From Eledone cirrhosa (lineage: Eukaryota): 64,000 nt of DNA. How positions within the stretch are numbered: the first letter of the stretch is position 1; every line of letters starts with the position of its first letter. Position numbers and translations under genes: made by a program. A model generated the notes under the pieces. The model did not search any database. It was not told where the DNA came from and saw nothing but the letters and a program-made list of their open reading frames with translations. Positions 62,201-64,000 of the stretch are shown piece by piece. Location of the stretch: positions 371,690,001 through 371,754,000 of the forward strand of contig OZ024742.1 of NCBI GenBank assembly GCA_964016885.1, in the 5' to 3' direction.

Positions 62201-62894
62201 ATGATAGTCTACCTACTCTAAATGATAGTCTACCTACTCTAAATGATAGTCTACCTACTCTAAATGATAGTCTACCTACTCTAAATGATACAGTCTACCT
62301 ACTCTAAATGATAGTCTACCTACTCTAAATGATACAGTCTACCTACTCTAAATGATAGTCTACCTACTCTAAATGATAGTCTACCTACTCTAAATGATAG
62401 TCTACCTACTCTAAATGATAGTCTACCTACTCTAAATGATAGTCTACCTACTCTAAATGATAGAGCCTACCTACTCTAAATGATAGTCTACCTACTCTAA
62501 ATAATACAACCTACCTGCTCTAAATGATAGCCTACCTACTCTAAATGATAGTTTACCTACCCTAAATGATAGTCTACCTACTCTAAATGATACAGTCTAT
62601 CTACTCTAAATAATAGTCTACCTACTCTAAATAATGGTCTACCTACTCTAAATGATACAGTCTACCTATTCTAAATGATAGTCTACCTACTCTAAATAAT
62701 GGTCTACCTACTCTAAATGTTACAGTCTACCTACTCTAAATGATAGTCTACCTACTCTAAATGATACAGCCTACCTACTCTAAATGATACAGTCTACCTA
62801 CTCTAAATGATAGTCTACCTACTTTAAATAATACAGACTACCTACTCTAAATAATAGTCTACCTACTCTAAATGATAGTCTACCTACTCTAAAT

Positions 62895-62993
62895 GATAGA
62901 CTGTAGTATTTAGAGTAGGTAGACTATCATTTAGAGTAGGTAGACTATCATTTAGAGTAGATAGACTGTATTATTTAGAGTAGGTAGACTATC
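62895..62993 (-). repeat. Second, identical copy of the 99-bp inverted satellite segment
   Basis: Same sequence, same junctions and same private variant (TAGTA, i.e. AAATACTACAG on the - strand) as 59192-59290. Confidence 0.97.
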
Positions 62994-64000
62994 TACTCTA
63001 AATGATAGTCTACCTACTCTAAATGATAGTCTACCTACTCTAAATAATAGTCTACCTACTCTAAATGATAGTCTACCTACTCTAAATGATACAGTCTACC
63101 TACTCTAAATGATACAGTCTACCTACTCTAAATGATACAGTCTACCTACTCTAAATGATACAGCCTACCTACTCTAAATGATAGTCTACCTACTCTAAAT
63201 AATAGTCTACCTACTCTAAATGATAGTCTACCTACTCTAAATGATACAGTCTACCTACTCTAAATGATAGTCTACCTACTCTAAATAATAGTCTACCTAC
63301 TCTAAATGATAGTCTACCTACTCTAAATGATACAGTTTACCTACTCTAAATGATAGTTTACCTACTCGAAATGATAGTCTACCTACTCTAAATAATACAG
63401 TCTACCTACTCTAAATGATAGTCTACCTACTCTAAATGATAGCCTACCTACTCTAAATGATAGTCTACCTGTTCTAAATAATAGTCTACCTACTCTAAAT
63501 GATAGTCTACCTACTCTAAATGATACAGCCTACCTACTCTAAATGACAGTCTACCTACTCTAAATAATACAGCCTACCTACTCTAAATGATAGTCTACCT
63601 ACTCTAAATGATAGCCTACCTACTCTAAATAATACAGTCTACCTACTCTAAATAATAGTCTACCTACTCTAAATGATAGCCTACCTACTCTAAATAATAC
63701 AGTCTACCTACTCTAAATGATAGTCTACCTACTCTAAATGATACAGCCTACCTACTCTAAATGATAGTCTACCTACTCTAAATGATACAGCCTACCTACT
63801 CTAAATGATACAGCCTACCTACTCTAAATTATACAGTCTAGCTACTCTAAATGATAGTCTACCTACTCTAAATGATACAGCCTACCTACTCTAAATGATA
63901 GTCTACCTACTCTAAATGATACAGTCTACTTTCTCTAAATGATAGCCTACCTACTCTAAATAATACAGTCTACCTACTCTAAACGATAGTCTTCCTACTC

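Larger units (their letters stand above)
1..64000 (+). repeat. Tandem satellite/minisatellite array of interspersed 21-bp (GTCTACCTACTCTAAATRATA) and 23-bp (GYCTACCTACTCTAAATRATACA) monomers, running off both window ends
   Basis: The core CTACCTACTCTAAAT recurs every 21 or 23 bp from the first base to the last. No non-repeat interruption was seen. Orientation is constant apart from two 99-bp segments. Confidence 0.99.
56300..64000 (+). repeat. Higher-order domain with ~3.6-3.7 kb period that carries the inverted segment
   Basis: The inverted segments are 3703 bp apart. AAGTGATTG near 57712/61266, GTCTAGCTAC near 57441/60995/63836, and CTCGAAA near 59662/63365. Confidence 0.85.

Noticed and set aside
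1-64000. CRISPR array
   Set aside because: Repeats are directly adjacent with no unique 25-45 bp spacers, and there is no leader or cas gene. The variable part is only a few two-state bases.
1-64000. Repetitive protein-coding ORF (LPTLNDS/LPTLNNS on +, SFRVGRL on -)
   Set aside because: One frame per strand is open only through pure 21-mer runs. Each 23-mer shifts it into TAA/TGA/TAG within a monomer, so open stretches are at most a few hundred bp. ATG-started frames give only MIVYLL* or MIQSTYSK*.
1-64000. Telomerase-synthesised telomeric tract (the - strand has TTTAGAG and a G bias, and budding-yeast telomere repeats can be 21-25 bp)
   Set aside because: There are no G-runs and no match to a telomere motif I recognise. 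Rare variants copied in kb-scale blocks over more than 64 kb indicate recombination or duplication, not templated addition. A subtelomeric location is not excluded.
1-64000. Pure sequencing or assembly artefact, such as a rolling-circle concatemer, or a synthetic data-encoding construct
   Set aside because: Hierarchically shared variants, diverged block copies and changing periods fit natural array evolution better than copies of one template or a designed code. Exact block copy numbers could still be mis-assembled.
1-64000. tRNA, rRNA, other structured ncRNA or G-quadruplex array
   Set aside because: There is no non-repeat sequence or recognisable RNA motif. The - strand has only one GG per typical monomer, too few for a canonical G4.

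Overview
The whole 64 kb window is one head-to-tail tandem repeat array (satellite or minisatellite DNA) with no unique sequence. The monomer is GTCTACCTACTCTAAATGATA (21 bp, about 33% GC, G-poor on the + strand), interspersed with a 23-bp form carrying an extra CA. I estimate about 2,900-3,000 copies from window length divided by monomer length. Three common two-state sites (TGA/TAA, +/-CA, GTC/GCC) and many rare point variants show layered kb-scale duplications with periods of about 2-6 kb that change along the array. The only orientation breaks I found are two identical 99-bp inverted segments (59192-59290 and 62895-62993), each bounded by GATAG...CTATC. I find no support for protein-coding genes, RNA genes, transposons or CRISPR arrays, and no evidence for a novel gene system. 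The points of interest concern array evolution: a micro-inversion that was later duplicated, higher-order repeats, long-range block copying and CpG decay. The scale and structure suggest eukaryotic heterochromatin, but the organism and satellite family cannot be determined from the sequence alone. All coordinates and offsets were counted by eye.
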